Shown: positions 1-9,274 of the stretch, piece by piece
Layout: the number at the start of each line of letters is the position of its first letter
Numbering within the stretch: position 1 is the first letter of the stretch
NCBI GenBank assembly: GCA_049366715.1
Contig: JBMNCQ010000004.1
Location: 244,374-308,373 of the forward strand
Length of the DNA: 64,000 nt
Reading direction: 5' to 3'
Origin: Peptococcaceae bacterium
GTDB taxonomy: Bacteria; Bacillota; Peptococcia; Peptococcales; BICA1-8
Position numbers and translations under genes: made by a program
Notes under the pieces: generated by a model
Told to the model about the DNA's origin: nothing
What the model saw: only the letters and a program-made list of their open reading frames with translations
The model's database searches: none

Positions 1-230
1 ACATCCTGAGGATATCCTACAATCGTGATGATAACATCCGAATTTCCGGCTACCTCCGCAACCGTATCTTTGACCCCGGCCCCAAACTCGGCCAGCTCTT
101 CCGCTTTACTTTTGGTCCGATTATAAACATTTACTTGATATCCCGCTGCTAAGAGATTTTTAGCCATACTTTTTCCCATTACGCCGGTTCCGATAAAACC
201 TATTTGTACTTTCGCCTTGTTCAAAATCAT
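1..230 (-). CDS. NAD(P)-dependent oxidoreductase, 3-hydroxyisobutyrate dehydrogenase family (5' part; runs off window edge)
   Basis: Manual translation MILNKAKVQIGFIGTGVMGKSMAKNLLAAGYQVNVYNRTKSKAEEL; Rossmann GxGxMG and YNRT motifs; not in ORF track. Confidence 0.85.
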   Translation of the reverse strand, partial: MILNKAKVQIGFIGTGVMGKSMAKNLLAAGYQVNVYNRTKSKAEELAEFGAGVKDTVAEVAGNSDVIITIVGYPQD

Positions 231-403
231 CCATCCCCACTCCTAAAAATAATCTTATTTAAACTATTATATATATATTTATTATTCCCTTCTTTTTCAA
301 AAAATTAATAAAAATTAGCAGCAGCTAAAGGAAATTCACGGACAATTATGCCTGGAAGTTAACGGTCCTGCGCTACAATAAAAAAGCTCCCTTTTCAGGA
401 AGC

Positions 404-1780
404 TTAATATCTTTTTCTCTGAGCAGCCGCTAAAATACCCAGCTCTTCTCTATATTTACTTACCGTACGCCTGGCGATTTTCAGTCCCTTTTGCTGTAAA
501 ATATTACACAACATCTGGTCCGACAAAGGCTCTTTGGAATTTTCCTGAGCAATGATCTCCTCAATAACCCCTTTTATCACCTGAGATGAAACTTTTTTTC
601 CTGATTTATTATTAACGCCACTGGAGAAAAAATATTTTAAAGGATACATGCCCCGGGGTGTCTGCACATACTTATTTGCTATGGCCCTGCTTACGGTTGA
701 TTCGTGAACCTCGAGCTTTTCTGCCACATCCCTTAATGTAAGGGGAGCCAGATAATTGGTTCCTTTATCAAGAAATTCCCTCTGTAAATCAACCAGGGTA
801 TTCGCAATCCGATAAAGGGTGATTCTTCTTTGCTCAATACTCTTTATTAACCAGAGGGCACCGTGAAGTTTACGTTCAATAAACGTACGGGTAATTTCGT
901 CAGCACCCTTATTATTAATGATTTCTTTATAAACTTCACTTACGATCAGCCGGGGAGTAAAGCTATCATTAACTAAGATAATGTATTCTGAGTCAATTTT
1001 TTCAATTAACAGGTCAGGAACAATAAACCGGGTATCCTGATTAGAACCAAATCCTGCTCCCGGTTTAGGATTGAGATTTTTTAAAACATCTACATGTCTT
1101 TGCAGTTCTTCAATGGGCAGTTCAAGATTGTTCGCTATTTTTACTAATTTACCCTGTCCGATCTCTTTCAAATACCGCTTAATTAGTTCCTCTAATAACG
1201 GAGTGAGTTTTTGCTGCTTGCGCAACTGAATCAATAAGCACTCCTCAAGATTTCGCGCACCTATCCCATCAGGTTCTAAGGTTTGAATCAAACTGAGGAC
1301 TTCCAGAAATTTTTCCAGGTCCATCTCCAAATCTTCGGCAGTCTCAATTACCGGTAAGGTAAAATAGCCCTTTTGGTCAAGATTTCCAATTATAAATTGA
1401 GCTAACGCAAGGTCTGCGTCAGAAAGTTTTAAAAAACGGATCTGGTCTTCTAAAAAATCCTGCAGGCTTGGTGAGGTTTGATTAATAAACTGTTCGAAAG
1501 GTAACGGTTCCTTTTTCTCACCCTGATAACCAAGGTCACTGCCATCCTGGAAATATTCCTGCCATTCAATATCAAACTTCTCCAAATCTTCTGTATTTTC
1601 ATTATTATTCTGACCTTCTTCGTCTAGAACTTCTAATAGCGGATTCTCTAGTAACTGCTCTTGTAAATAGTTGTTTAATTCCAAAGTGGAAAACTGCAGT
1701 AAATTGATGGCCTGCCTCAGTTCGGGAGTCATTATTAATTTTTGGGACTGGGCTAAATTCAACTGATAACTTAATTTCAT
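404..1780 (-). CDS. rpoN: RNA polymerase sigma-54 factor
   Basis: N-terminal QKLIMTPELRQAINLLQ, VHESTVSRA helix, RpoN box ARRTVSKYRE. Confidence 0.98.
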   Translation of the reverse strand: MKLSYQLNLAQSQKLIMTPELRQAINLLQFSTLELNNYLQEQLLENPLLEVLDEEGQNNNENTEDLEKFDIEWQEYFQDGSDLGYQGEKKEPLPFEQFINQTSPSLQDFLEDQIRFLKLSDADLALAQFIIGNLDQKGYFTLPVIETAEDLEMDLEKFLEVLSLIQTLEPDGIGARNLEECLLIQLRKQQKLTPLLEELIKRYLKEIGQGKLVKIANNLELPIEELQRHVDVLKNLNPKPGAGFGSNQDTRFIVPDLLIEKIDSEYIILVNDSFTPRLIVSEVYKEIINNKGADEITRTFIERKLHGALWLIKSIEQRRITLYRIANTLVDLQREFLDKGTNYLAPLTLRDVAEKLEVHESTVSRAIANKYVQTPRGMYPLKYFFSSGVNNKSGKKVSSQVIKGVIEEIIAQENSKEPLSDQMLCNILQQKGLKIARRTVSKYREELGILAAAQRKRY

Positions 1781-1822
1781 AACTCTTCCCCCCTAAACTC
1801 AATTACCACTTTAATTTTAAAA

Positions 1823-1847
1823 ATTCGTTATTTTTTCGTTAATTCCT
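1823..1847 (-). promoter_or_regulatory. SigH-like promoter of rpoN
   Basis: gcAGGA-N17-GAAT on minus strand. Confidence 0.6.
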
Positions 1848-2114
1848 GCTGTTATTTTATACTATTCACTTAATATTAGTCCTAAGTACCAAAGACAAGT
1901 CTGAATATTATGACAAATGTTGGATGAATTTTGTAAATTTAACTTAAGAAGGTATGAATAGACGGTGAATGGTGAAACGAGGGGGAACAAAAGATGGGAG
2001 GACTTTATGCACCAGCAATATTATCTTTGTCTGAGATGCTGAAATAAATTGAGGGCTTACGATCCCGTGATTTACGCTGCTGAAGGGAGTTTTCTGTTAA
2101 AAGGATCACCAAAT

Positions 2115-2152
2115 AAAAAAGCCGTGCTTCTCGTTAGAAACACGGCTCTTTT
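2115..2152 (-). terminator. Intrinsic terminator after ferredoxin gene
   Basis: AGCCGTG..CACGGCT stem with A-tract on the plus strand (U-tract on minus). Confidence 0.75.
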
Positions 2153-2155
2153 ACT

Positions 2156-2323
2156 TTATTCTTCCACAATTGCTCCTGTTGGACAAGCCTCTGCACAAGT
2201 ACCACAGTCTGTGCAGACATCTGCATCTATTACATAGATATCACCTTCACTTATAGCACCAACCGGACATTCATCCATACATGCACCACAAGCTAAACAT
2301 TCATTAGTAATTTTGTGAGCCAT
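2156..2323 (-). CDS. 2x[4Fe-4S] clostridial-type ferredoxin (55 aa)
   Basis: Manual translation MAHKITNECLACGACMDECPVGAISEGDIYVIDADVCTDCGTCAEACPTGAIVEE; two CxxCxxCxxxCP motifs; RBS GGAGG; below ORF-track cutoff. Confidence 0.95.
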   Translation of the reverse strand: MAHKITNECLACGACMDECPVGAISEGDIYVIDADVCTDCGTCAEACPTGAIVEE

Positions 2324-2360
2324 TTAATGACACCTCCTCTATAACTCAAATGTTAAATAT

Positions 2361-2385
2361 TTTCTACAATAAAAGAAAAAGTCCT
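2361..2385 (-). promoter_or_regulatory. SigH-like promoter of ferredoxin gene
   Basis: AGGA-N17-GAAA. Confidence 0.45.
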
Positions 2386-2407
2386 TTTGAAAAAAATTAA
2401 TTTTTTA

Positions 2408-3349
2408 TTACTTTTTATGCTTAATATTTTCCGCGATTTTCTCCAATTTCCGCATCCGGTGATTAATCCCTGATTTGCCTAATTTCGGCTCTATCATTTC
2501 TCCTAACTCCTTTAAGCTGATGTCAGGATGTTCTAAGCGCAATTCAGCCACCTGCCGCAGCCCGATCGGCAGTTTATCCAGGCCTACGGTACCGGCAATA
2601 AGCTCAATATTTTCTTTTTGCTTAAAGGCGGCATCTATCGTCTTATTTAAATTAGCCGTCTCGCAATTTACCAGTCTGTTAACTTTATTACGCATATCTT
2701 TTTGAATCCGTACACTTTCAAAATTAAGCAATGCCGTGTGGGCCTCAATAATATTTAAAAAAGTTACGATCTGTTCGCTTTCCTTTAAATAAACAATATA
2801 CCAATTTTTCCGGGTACTTATCTTGGGCTCTAAATCAAACTTTTTAATCAGGTTGACTAATGACCGGGAATATTCCAAAGAGGTCGCAATGATCTCTAAA
2901 TGATAAGTATTCTCCGGGTCGTTCACATAGCCTGCGCCCAGAAATACCCCTCTCAGATAACTGCGCCGGCAACACTTTTTCTTGGTCACTACGGTGCTTA
3001 CTTCCGGATTAATAAGAAATCCTTCCGATGTTATTCCTAATGTTGTTAATATCTCCTGTACTTTATTCTGAGGCGGAATTTTAACTAAATAGATATTATT
3101 TTTTTTAAGCCTGTTTTTCCTTTGCACCCTGATTTCTGTTTCCACACTAAAGACCAGCTTGGCTAATTTCAATACCTTTCTGGCAACTGCAGCGTTTTCC
3201 GTGGTCAATTCAAGACCGATCTGATTATTGGTACTGATCAAGATTGTACCGTCCATCCTGACCAGACCTGCTAGTTCTGCCATCTGGCAGCACCTGCTTT
3301 TAGGAATAACCCTGGCTAATTCGTTCTTGGTGATTTCCGAAAATGACAT
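2408..3349 (-). CDS. whiA: DNA-binding protein WhiA
   Basis: MSFSEITKNEL start, YLRGVFL, RNKVNRLVNCETANL, GKSGINHRMRKL; follows yvcK. Confidence 0.97.
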   Translation of the reverse strand: MSFSEITKNELARVIPKSRCCQMAELAGLVRMDGTILISTNNQIGLELTTENAAVARKVLKLAKLVFSVETEIRVQRKNRLKKNNIYLVKIPPQNKVQEILTTLGITSEGFLINPEVSTVVTKKKCCRRSYLRGVFLGAGYVNDPENTYHLEIIATSLEYSRSLVNLIKKFDLEPKISTRKNWYIVYLKESEQIVTFLNIIEAHTALLNFESVRIQKDMRNKVNRLVNCETANLNKTIDAAFKQKENIELIAGTVGLDKLPIGLRQVAELRLEHPDISLKELGEMIEPKLGKSGINHRMRKLEKIAENIKHKK

Positions 3350-3361
3350 TTTGTCACCTGC

Positions 3362-4699
3362 CTAGCTTTTGGTTTTTTCCAACAGGATCAATTTATCAAT
3401 TAAATTAATCCCGGACCGATATTTTTTCCTGGTTAAAATTACTTCGATTACGGCTGCGCCTAAAGCCCGGGAATTATGTCTGACCAGCTTTGTTTCGTCC
3501 AATAAAGGTTTTGCTAATACTTTTACCCCTAATTTATTAAGCTTATCGCTATCTATTACTACCTGTTCGGCACCATCTGAAATGTATTTTTCCAATAAGT
3601 CATGATCTGAAATCCGTTGGTCGTTTACTAAAATGTAATCGATAGCCAGCTCCTGAATGTGCCTGTAAATTGCCTCCAAATGATCTCCAGCGGTATATGT
3701 TAAAGTTTCCCCGGGTTGGGTCATCACATTACAGACATAAATTTTAACAGCTTTGCTGCCGGTAACGGCTTCAGGTATTCCTGATATTAAAAGATTAGGA
3801 ATTACACTGGTGAATAAACTGCCCGGTCCTAAGATAACCGCATCTGCCTCATTAATTGCTTCCAGAGCCTCATCAAGGGGTTCAATGAATTCAGGCCGGA
3901 TAAAGATCTCTTTTATCGGCTGGGCTGCTGCCGAAATATTACTTTCCCCGTTAATCACGGTACCGTCGGCCAGCCGGGCATTTAAAACAACATTCTGGAG
4001 GGTTGAAGGAATTACTTTCCCCCGGATTGCCAGAACCCTGCTCATCTGCCTGACGGCTTCTTCAAAATTCCCGTACATATCAGACATTGCCGCAAGAAAA
4101 AGATTTCCTAAATTATGACCGGCCAGTTCATCCCCATGCTTAAACCGGTAATTCAATACTTTTTCCATTAAAGCTTCTTTATCTGCTAAAGCAATTAAAC
4201 AGTTTCTCACATCGCCGGGAGGAAGGATTCCCAATTGATCCCTCAATCTTCCGGAACTGCCGCCGTCATCCGCCACCGATACGATCGCTGTAATATTGCT
4301 GGTAAATTCCTTTAAGCCTCTCAGTAAAACAGAAAGTCCTGTTCCTCCGCCTATTACAACAATCCTGGGACCTCTTTTCAGTAACCTTTCTTGATGAATA
4401 GGCCGGACCTGACTCCTTGCATACTCTGGGAAAACCGCTTTAATAAAAGCCCGCACTACTTTTTTGAAACTGATGATCAATATTAAACTGCCGATGCTTA
4501 ATACAACTAAACCGCCAAATACGATACTGCCGCCCAGCATGTCTATTACCAGACCTTTGGTATATAATTCAATAAGCCCTAAAATAGGTGTATCACTGAT
4601 AATTGCCATCCCAACACTCACTAAAGTAAAACCGATTATACCTAACGCCAGCCATCTCTTTATTCCCAGCCCCGGATAAAGCCATTTTAAAAATTCCAT
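3362..4699 (-). CDS. yvcK: YvcK/GlmR (UPF0052) family protein with N-terminal membrane segments
   Basis: VVIGGGTGLS, VADDGGSSGRLR, PPGDVRNCL, GPGSLFTS. Confidence 0.95.
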   Translation of the reverse strand: MEFLKWLYPGLGIKRWLALGIIGFTLVSVGMAIISDTPILGLIELYTKGLVIDMLGGSIVFGGLVVLSIGSLILIISFKKVVRAFIKAVFPEYARSQVRPIHQERLLKRGPRIVVIGGGTGLSVLLRGLKEFTSNITAIVSVADDGGSSGRLRDQLGILPPGDVRNCLIALADKEALMEKVLNYRFKHGDELAGHNLGNLFLAAMSDMYGNFEEAVRQMSRVLAIRGKVIPSTLQNVVLNARLADGTVINGESNISAAAQPIKEIFIRPEFIEPLDEALEAINEADAVILGPGSLFTSVIPNLLISGIPEAVTGSKAVKIYVCNVMTQPGETLTYTAGDHLEAIYRHIQELAIDYILVNDQRISDHDLLEKYISDGAEQVVIDSDKLNKLGVKVLAKPLLDETKLVRHNSRALGAAVIEVILTRKKYRSGINLIDKLILLEKTKS

Positions 4700-5577
4700 C
4701 AGGTATGTACTCCTTGCCTGTCTATATCACGGTGTTTAACCGTTACCTGGTATTCGTCCTTCTGGAGGAGCTGCGCCAAAAAATCAGCCAGGGCAACAGA
4801 CCTGTGCCTTCCGCCCGTACAGCCTATTGCAATTGCCAAGTGGGTTTTACCCTCGGAAATATAGTTGGGAATGAGAAAACTGAGTAAATCATAGTACTTG
4901 TTGATGAATGTGTTACTTATCGGGGATTTAAAAACATAATCCCGGACTTCTTGATCACTACCCGTCAATTCTTTAAGCTCGGGAATATAATAGGGGTTAG
5001 GCAGAAATCTTACGTCTATCAGAAGATCTGTATCAAGAGGTATCCCATATTTATACCCAAAGGACATCACGGTAATGGATAAAAGTTGATTTTTTCCGCT
5101 GTTTCCCCATAAGCTTTGAATTTCTTCCTTTAATTGGCCGGGTTTTAACTCTGTGGTATCGATTATTTTATTCGCCCTTCCCCGTAGTTCCTGAAGCCTT
5201 TCCCGCTCCAGATTGATCCCTTCGATAATCCCGCCGTCGGGATTTAAGGGATGTCTCCTGCGGGTTTCTTTAAACCTGTTTATTAAGATTTCATTGGATG
5301 CTTCTAAAAATAAAATCTCATAATTTATACCCATCGTTTTTAAATCTTCCAGGGCAGCAAAAAGATCATCAAAAAATTGTCCTCCCCTGATATCAATTAC
5401 CAGGGCAACCTTGTTCACCTTACCTTTGGACTGGGTACAGAGCTCAGCAAATTTAGGGATCAATAAAGGCGGCAGATTATCTACACAAAAATAACCCAAA
5501 TCCTCTAAACTGCGGACTGCCTGGGTTTTACCCGCACCGGACAAACCGGTAATAATCAAAACACTTACTTCACTCAT
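4699..5577 (-). CDS. rapZ: RapZ/YvcJ P-loop NTPase
   Basis: [26 protein letters not shown]; start placed at ATG 5577 behind GGAGG. Confidence 0.95.
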   Translation of the reverse strand: MSEVSVLIITGLSGAGKTQAVRSLEDLGYFCVDNLPPLLIPKFAELCTQSKGKVNKVALVIDIRGGQFFDDLFAALEDLKTMGINYEILFLEASNEILINRFKETRRRHPLNPDGGIIEGINLERERLQELRGRANKIIDTTELKPGQLKEEIQSLWGNSGKNQLLSITVMSFGYKYGIPLDTDLLIDVRFLPNPYYIPELKELTGSDQEVRDYVFKSPISNTFINKYYDLLSFLIPNYISEGKTHLAIAIGCTGGRHRSVALADFLAQLLQKDEYQVTVKHRDIDRQGVHT

Positions 5578-5639
5578 ATCTCTTCCTCCGTTTACTGCCG
5601 GAACAGCTTTTTTATGATAACATATTCGCTCACGGGTCT

Positions 5640-5755
5640 GGCTTCGGCGTCTGACTATCCTCACAAGTCTAGCCTGGGCATCAGACGCAATACGTTCACC
5701 CTACAGCAGATCTGACGCAATACATTCGCCCGGAAGTACATCCGACCCGGAATCT
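5640..5755. repeat. Degenerate ~30-bp-period repeat array (CTGAC-type cores)
   Basis: Cores CTGAC 5651, CAGAC 5682, CTGAC 5712, CCGAC 5742; two units share GACGCAATACRTTCRCCC. Confidence 0.7.
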
Positions 5756-6487
5756 TCAGGTTGCATTCAAGACTTGATCTACAGGTATACCGGCCTTCTT
5801 TAACACATATGCTCCATACTCAAACTCTCCTACCGTTTCAGGATAATGGGCATCGCTATTGACAATAAAATTCACTCCGGAATTAGCTACTGCCAATACC
5901 TCCTTAATACCGGGAAATGTATGACCGGTATTTATCTCCAGGGCCGTATTCCTTTTCGCACAGGATTTAGCCAGCTCTGAAAAATCAATTTCCATCTTGA
6001 GCCCCGGATGAGTTATCGCAAGGACATCATATCTTCCCAGGGCATCCAGCAAAGTTTTAGTATTTATATTCTTTACTTTTTCCTTTAGTCCTTTATTGAT
6101 TTTAACAAGCTGATTCCCGATTACATAATTCCAGGCCGTACTTAAATCAGCGGGATAAACATAAGGATGCAGACCCACCAGCAAATAATCCAGTTCTTTA
6201 ATGATCTCCTTTCCGACATCTATTTTACCGTCTAAACTTACAATATCAGCTTCCGCACCAACCTTTTTTTTGATGTCGGGATATTCTTCATGGAGTCTCT
6301 TTAAATCTTCTTTAATCTGCAGATAAGTATTGCTGTCTTTAACGCCCGTGCCGATGTTACCAGGTCCATGGTCAGCTATACCGACCTCGAGAAGTCCCTT
6401 CAAATGAGCTGCCTCAACCATATCCTCAACCGTAGCTCTGCCATCACTATAGTTAGTATGCAGATGATAATCACCGAAAAAATGCAT
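5756..6487 (-). CDS. PHP-domain hydrolase
   Basis: DYHLHTNYSDG, IADHGP, NSDAHYP. Confidence 0.9.
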   Translation of the reverse strand: MHFFGDYHLHTNYSDGRATVEDMVEAAHLKGLLEVGIADHGPGNIGTGVKDSNTYLQIKEDLKRLHEEYPDIKKKVGAEADIVSLDGKIDVGKEIIKELDYLLVGLHPYVYPADLSTAWNYVIGNQLVKINKGLKEKVKNINTKTLLDALGRYDVLAITHPGLKMEIDFSELAKSCAKRNTALEINTGHTFPGIKEVLAVANSGVNFIVNSDAHYPETVGEFEYGAYVLKKAGIPVDQVLNAT

Positions 6488-6510
6488 CCGTAACTCTCCT
6501 TAAAAATTTG

Positions 6511-6790
6511 ATTATCGTTCTCGGTTCTCAGTTATTTTTTGTGCCCTGTGCCCTGTAATCTGTGCCCTGTGCCCTGTAATCTGTACTCTGTGCCCTGTAA
6601 TCTGTGCCCTGTGCCCCTGTAATCTGTACTCTGTGCCCTGTAATCTGTGCCCTGTGCCCCTGTAATCTGTACTCTGTGCCCTGTACTCTGTGCCCTGTGC
6701 CCTGTGCCCTGTAATCTGTATCTGTGCCCTGTGCCCTGTAATCTGTATCTGTGCCCTGTACTCTGTGCCCTGTACTCTGTAATCTGTTGT
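6511..6790. repeat. Heptamer tandem array: about 35 units of CTGTGCC/CTGTAAT/CTGTACT preceded by 3 oppositely oriented units
   Basis: Units counted directly; two 8-nt and two 6-nt variant units. Confidence 0.97.
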
Positions 6791-6838
6791 TCAGTCATGC
6801 TTATCGTACCTCTTTTTATATTTTCTGCAAATATGCAC

Positions 6839-6866
6839 AAAAAAAACTGACCAAGTCAGTTTTTTT
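6839..6866. terminator. Bidirectional terminator-like hairpin
   Basis: A-tract CTGAC-caa-GTCAG T-tract downstream of the YcdX-like gene. Confidence 0.65.
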
Positions 6867-6905
6867 AAGTCCGTACCGATCGTATTAATCAATTAAACTC
6901 AACAA

Positions 6906-7652
6906 CTAGATTTTAGGAGATTGGATTTGGATGGGTGACGGCCTTTTTTTCCGGCGTAAATATTCTTTAACCCGTTCCGGGTCGCAATTTAAGATCTGCT
7001 CTTTTTTTAATCCCGCTTCTGTAATCAGCTTTACTGCCTTGGAAAACTCGCCGACTAATGGTGCCCAGTGGGCATCACTACCTAAAGAAATTATGGAACC
7101 TGCCTCTGCAGCAAGTCCGGCTATTGTCCGGCAGTTTTCCAGACTGCCTTTTCTGCTCGTGGTAAGGGAACTATTATTTATTTCTAAGGCTACACCTAAT
7201 TTCTTTGACGCAGCAACCAGTTGCTCAGGATTAATCATGTATTCAGGATTGCCGGGGTGCACAATAACATCTACATAGGGATGCTGCATGGCATTGATAA
7301 GAGCCTGGGTATTTTGTTCGACATTTCCGCCGGAATAACACCCCGCGTGGAAACCTGCCAGAACAATATCCAATCTTTTTAAGATTTTATCAGGTACGTC
7401 CAGATTTCCGTCAAAATTAATAATATTAGCCTCCACACCCCTTAATACCTCTATTCCTAAATATTCTTTCGGCAATACCCTTAAATTGCCGAAATGAAAT
7501 AGATGAGGTCCACCCGGCATTTGCGGTCCGTGGTCGGTTATGGCCAGCATTTTTAATCCCTTTTCTTTAGCCTGGACAAAGTTCTCATGAATCGTGCTGT
7601 AAGCATGGCCGCTGGCTATAGTATGAGTATGAAGATCAACATAAAATTCCAT
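6906..7652 (-). CDS. ycdX: PHP-family phosphatase, YcdX-like
   Basis: VDLHTHTIASGHAYSTI, TDHGP, HPGNP, LEINNSS, GSDAH. Confidence 0.9.
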   Translation of the reverse strand: MEFYVDLHTHTIASGHAYSTIHENFVQAKEKGLKMLAITDHGPQMPGGPHLFHFGNLRVLPKEYLGIEVLRGVEANIINFDGNLDVPDKILKRLDIVLAGFHAGCYSGGNVEQNTQALINAMQHPYVDVIVHPGNPEYMINPEQLVAASKKLGVALEINNSSLTTSRKGSLENCRTIAGLAAEAGSIISLGSDAHWAPLVGEFSKAVKLITEAGLKKEQILNCDPERVKEYLRRKKRPSPIQIQSPKI

Positions 7653-7765
7653 ATTATTCCCCCAGATTTTCCAGATGCTATTACTCCTAAAATGTGCATA
7701 ATTATGCTTTTATATGCCTTATGGAGAGAGACAAATCGCAAAATCCAAACCCAACTAAGCTGGGT

Positions 7766-7945
7766 TTAGATTGTCCTATTCCGTTCTTTTTTCATTAATC
7801 GCACGATTAATTCGTCTAATTGTACACTCAATCTATAAGTTTCTTTATCCAATAACAAGTTTACATCATCTTTTACATAACCATAAAGCCTTCCTCTTAT
7901 CCGTTCCATTTCCTTCTTCATTTCTGAAATAGAGGTATCTGTCAT
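7766..7945 (-). CDS. Spo0E-like aspartyl-phosphate phosphatase (59 aa)
   Basis: Manual translation MTDTSISEMKKEMERIRGRLYGYVKDDVNLLLDKETYRLSVQLDELIVRLMKKERNRTI; LSVQLDELI resembles the SQELD motif; RBS GGAGG. Confidence 0.75.
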   Translation of the reverse strand: MTDTSISEMKKEMERIRGRLYGYVKDDVNLLLDKETYRLSVQLDELIVRLMKKERNRTI

Positions 7946-7983
7946 TTACAAAACCTCCAATAAAAGTATAATTTTATACCAAG

Positions 7984-8008
7984 TTTCGACTATTTTTTTA
8001 GATTTCCT
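7984..8008 (-). promoter_or_regulatory. SigH-like promoter of the Spo0E-like gene
   Basis: gcAGGA-N17-GAAA (…gtcGAAA). Confidence 0.55.
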
Positions 8009-8082
8009 GCTTTTATCTGGAAGTTTCAATATTATTTGCAAAAAAATTACATAAAGGCTCCTTAAATATAACAATATCTTAA

Positions 8083-8880
8083 TTATTCCCCATACAGGAC
8101 GAGCTTTTCGATAATTTCTGCAACACCGTCATCATCATTTGTCCTGGTGACAATATCGGCCGCTTGTTTTAAAGGCTCCACCGCATTGCCCATAGCTACA
8201 CCACAACCGGCAAATTTTATCATATCTAAATCATTCATATTATCACCGATAGCAATTACCTGCTCCCGCGGAATATCTAATGATAAGGCTAACTCCTTTA
8301 AAGCATTACCCTTAGTTGCCACGGGATGGGATATCTCTAAAAAATGATCCTTTGATTTCGTAATATTGATGGTCTCCCCAAAATGCTCCTGCAAACTTGG
8401 GGAGAGCTGGTCCAAACGATTACTTTCCCCGATAATCAGGATCTTGGTAGGATCGCTATGTAAACCGGCAGGCAAGTGGATATAATTTACGGGAACCTTG
8501 ACAATAGCCGAATAATTAGTACCCCATTCCGTAGCCTTTTCCATATACAGTTCATCATTCAGATAGGCATTAATATGCAAACCTGCCGGTTTAGCAAAAT
8601 TTATTACTTCCCGGGCAGTTTCCAAGGGTAACGGCCGATGATAGACGGTCCGCCCGTCGGCATATCTCACCAGCGCCCCTTGATAAGTGATCAGGGGCAG
8701 GTCTAATTTTAGGTCCAGAGCATAGGGCAAGGCCGACCGGTACATTCTTCCCGTGGCAAAAGTCACCAGCGTCCCTTGGGCAATACTCTCCCGGATGGCA
8801 TTTTTCGCCCTCGTGGAGATAATCAGATCATTTCTTAATAAAGTATCATCTAAATCTATTGCAATAAGCTTGTATTCCAT
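8083..8880 (-). CDS. Cof-type HAD-IIB hydrolase
   Basis: IAIDLDDTLL, ATGR, KG, IGDNMNDLDMI, AMGNA. Confidence 0.93.
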   Translation of the reverse strand: MEYKLIAIDLDDTLLRNDLIISTRAKNAIRESIAQGTLVTFATGRMYRSALPYALDLKLDLPLITYQGALVRYADGRTVYHRPLPLETAREVINFAKPAGLHINAYLNDELYMEKATEWGTNYSAIVKVPVNYIHLPAGLHSDPTKILIIGESNRLDQLSPSLQEHFGETINITKSKDHFLEISHPVATKGNALKELALSLDIPREQVIAIGDNMNDLDMIKFAGCGVAMGNAVEPLKQAADIVTRTNDDDGVAEIIEKLVLYGE

Positions 8881-8920
8881 AAAATCCTCCTCTGAGCTTG
8901 TCCGTAAACCAGCTGCGCTG

Positions 8921-9265
8921 GTTTGGTTAGTGATTAGTGATTAGTGACTGGTGACTAGTGACTAGTGACTAGTGACTAGTCACTAGTAGTATGGTAAAGT
9001 TTATAGAGCATCGTTTATCGTTCATAGATAGAGTTCTCAGTTCTCAGATACCGGTTCTCAGTTAGTTAGTTAGTGAGTAGTAAAGTTTATAGAGCATCGT
9101 TTATCGTTCATAGATAGAGTTCTCAGTTCTTAGATACCGGTTCTCAGTTGGTTGGTTGGTTAGTTAGTGAGTAGTAAAGTTTATAGAGCATCGTTTATAG
9201 TGGATAGAACTAAGAACAGTTTTACACTGTAGCTACCTTACCTTTACCTCTACCTTCTGCTAAAG
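8921..9265. repeat. Composite heptamer array with an 86/94-bp higher-order tandem repeat
   Basis: (TGACTAG)n at 8924-8986, then super-unit GTAAAGTTTATAGAGCATCGTTTATCGTTCATAG…TTCTCAG starting at 8994, 9080 and 9174 (third partial). Confidence 0.95.
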
Positions 9266-9274
9266 TCGGTCTTT

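Noticed and set aside
2049-2237. ORF 2049..2237 (+) and the many other short antisense ORFs in the track
   Set aside because: They are shadow frames of well-supported genes (here the ferredoxin), with no recognisable motifs.
5578-5664. N-terminal extensions in the ORF track (rapZ, uvrA, csp, flgM, permease and others)
   Set aside because: Downstream starts have clear RBSs and match the family N-termini.
6532-6850. ORFs 6532..6840 (-) and 6647..6850 (+) with QGTGHR/CPVPC repeats
   Set aside because: They are translations of the heptamer DNA tract; the repeat period is 7 nt, not a multiple of 3. Translation cannot be fully excluded.
7704-7720. Sigma-54 promoter upstream of the YcdX-like gene
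   Set aside because: GG and GC are 9 nt apart rather than the required 10.
8994-9200. CRISPR interpretation of the 86/94-bp repeat
   Set aside because: The intervening sequences are near-identical rather than unique spacers, and there are no cas genes.
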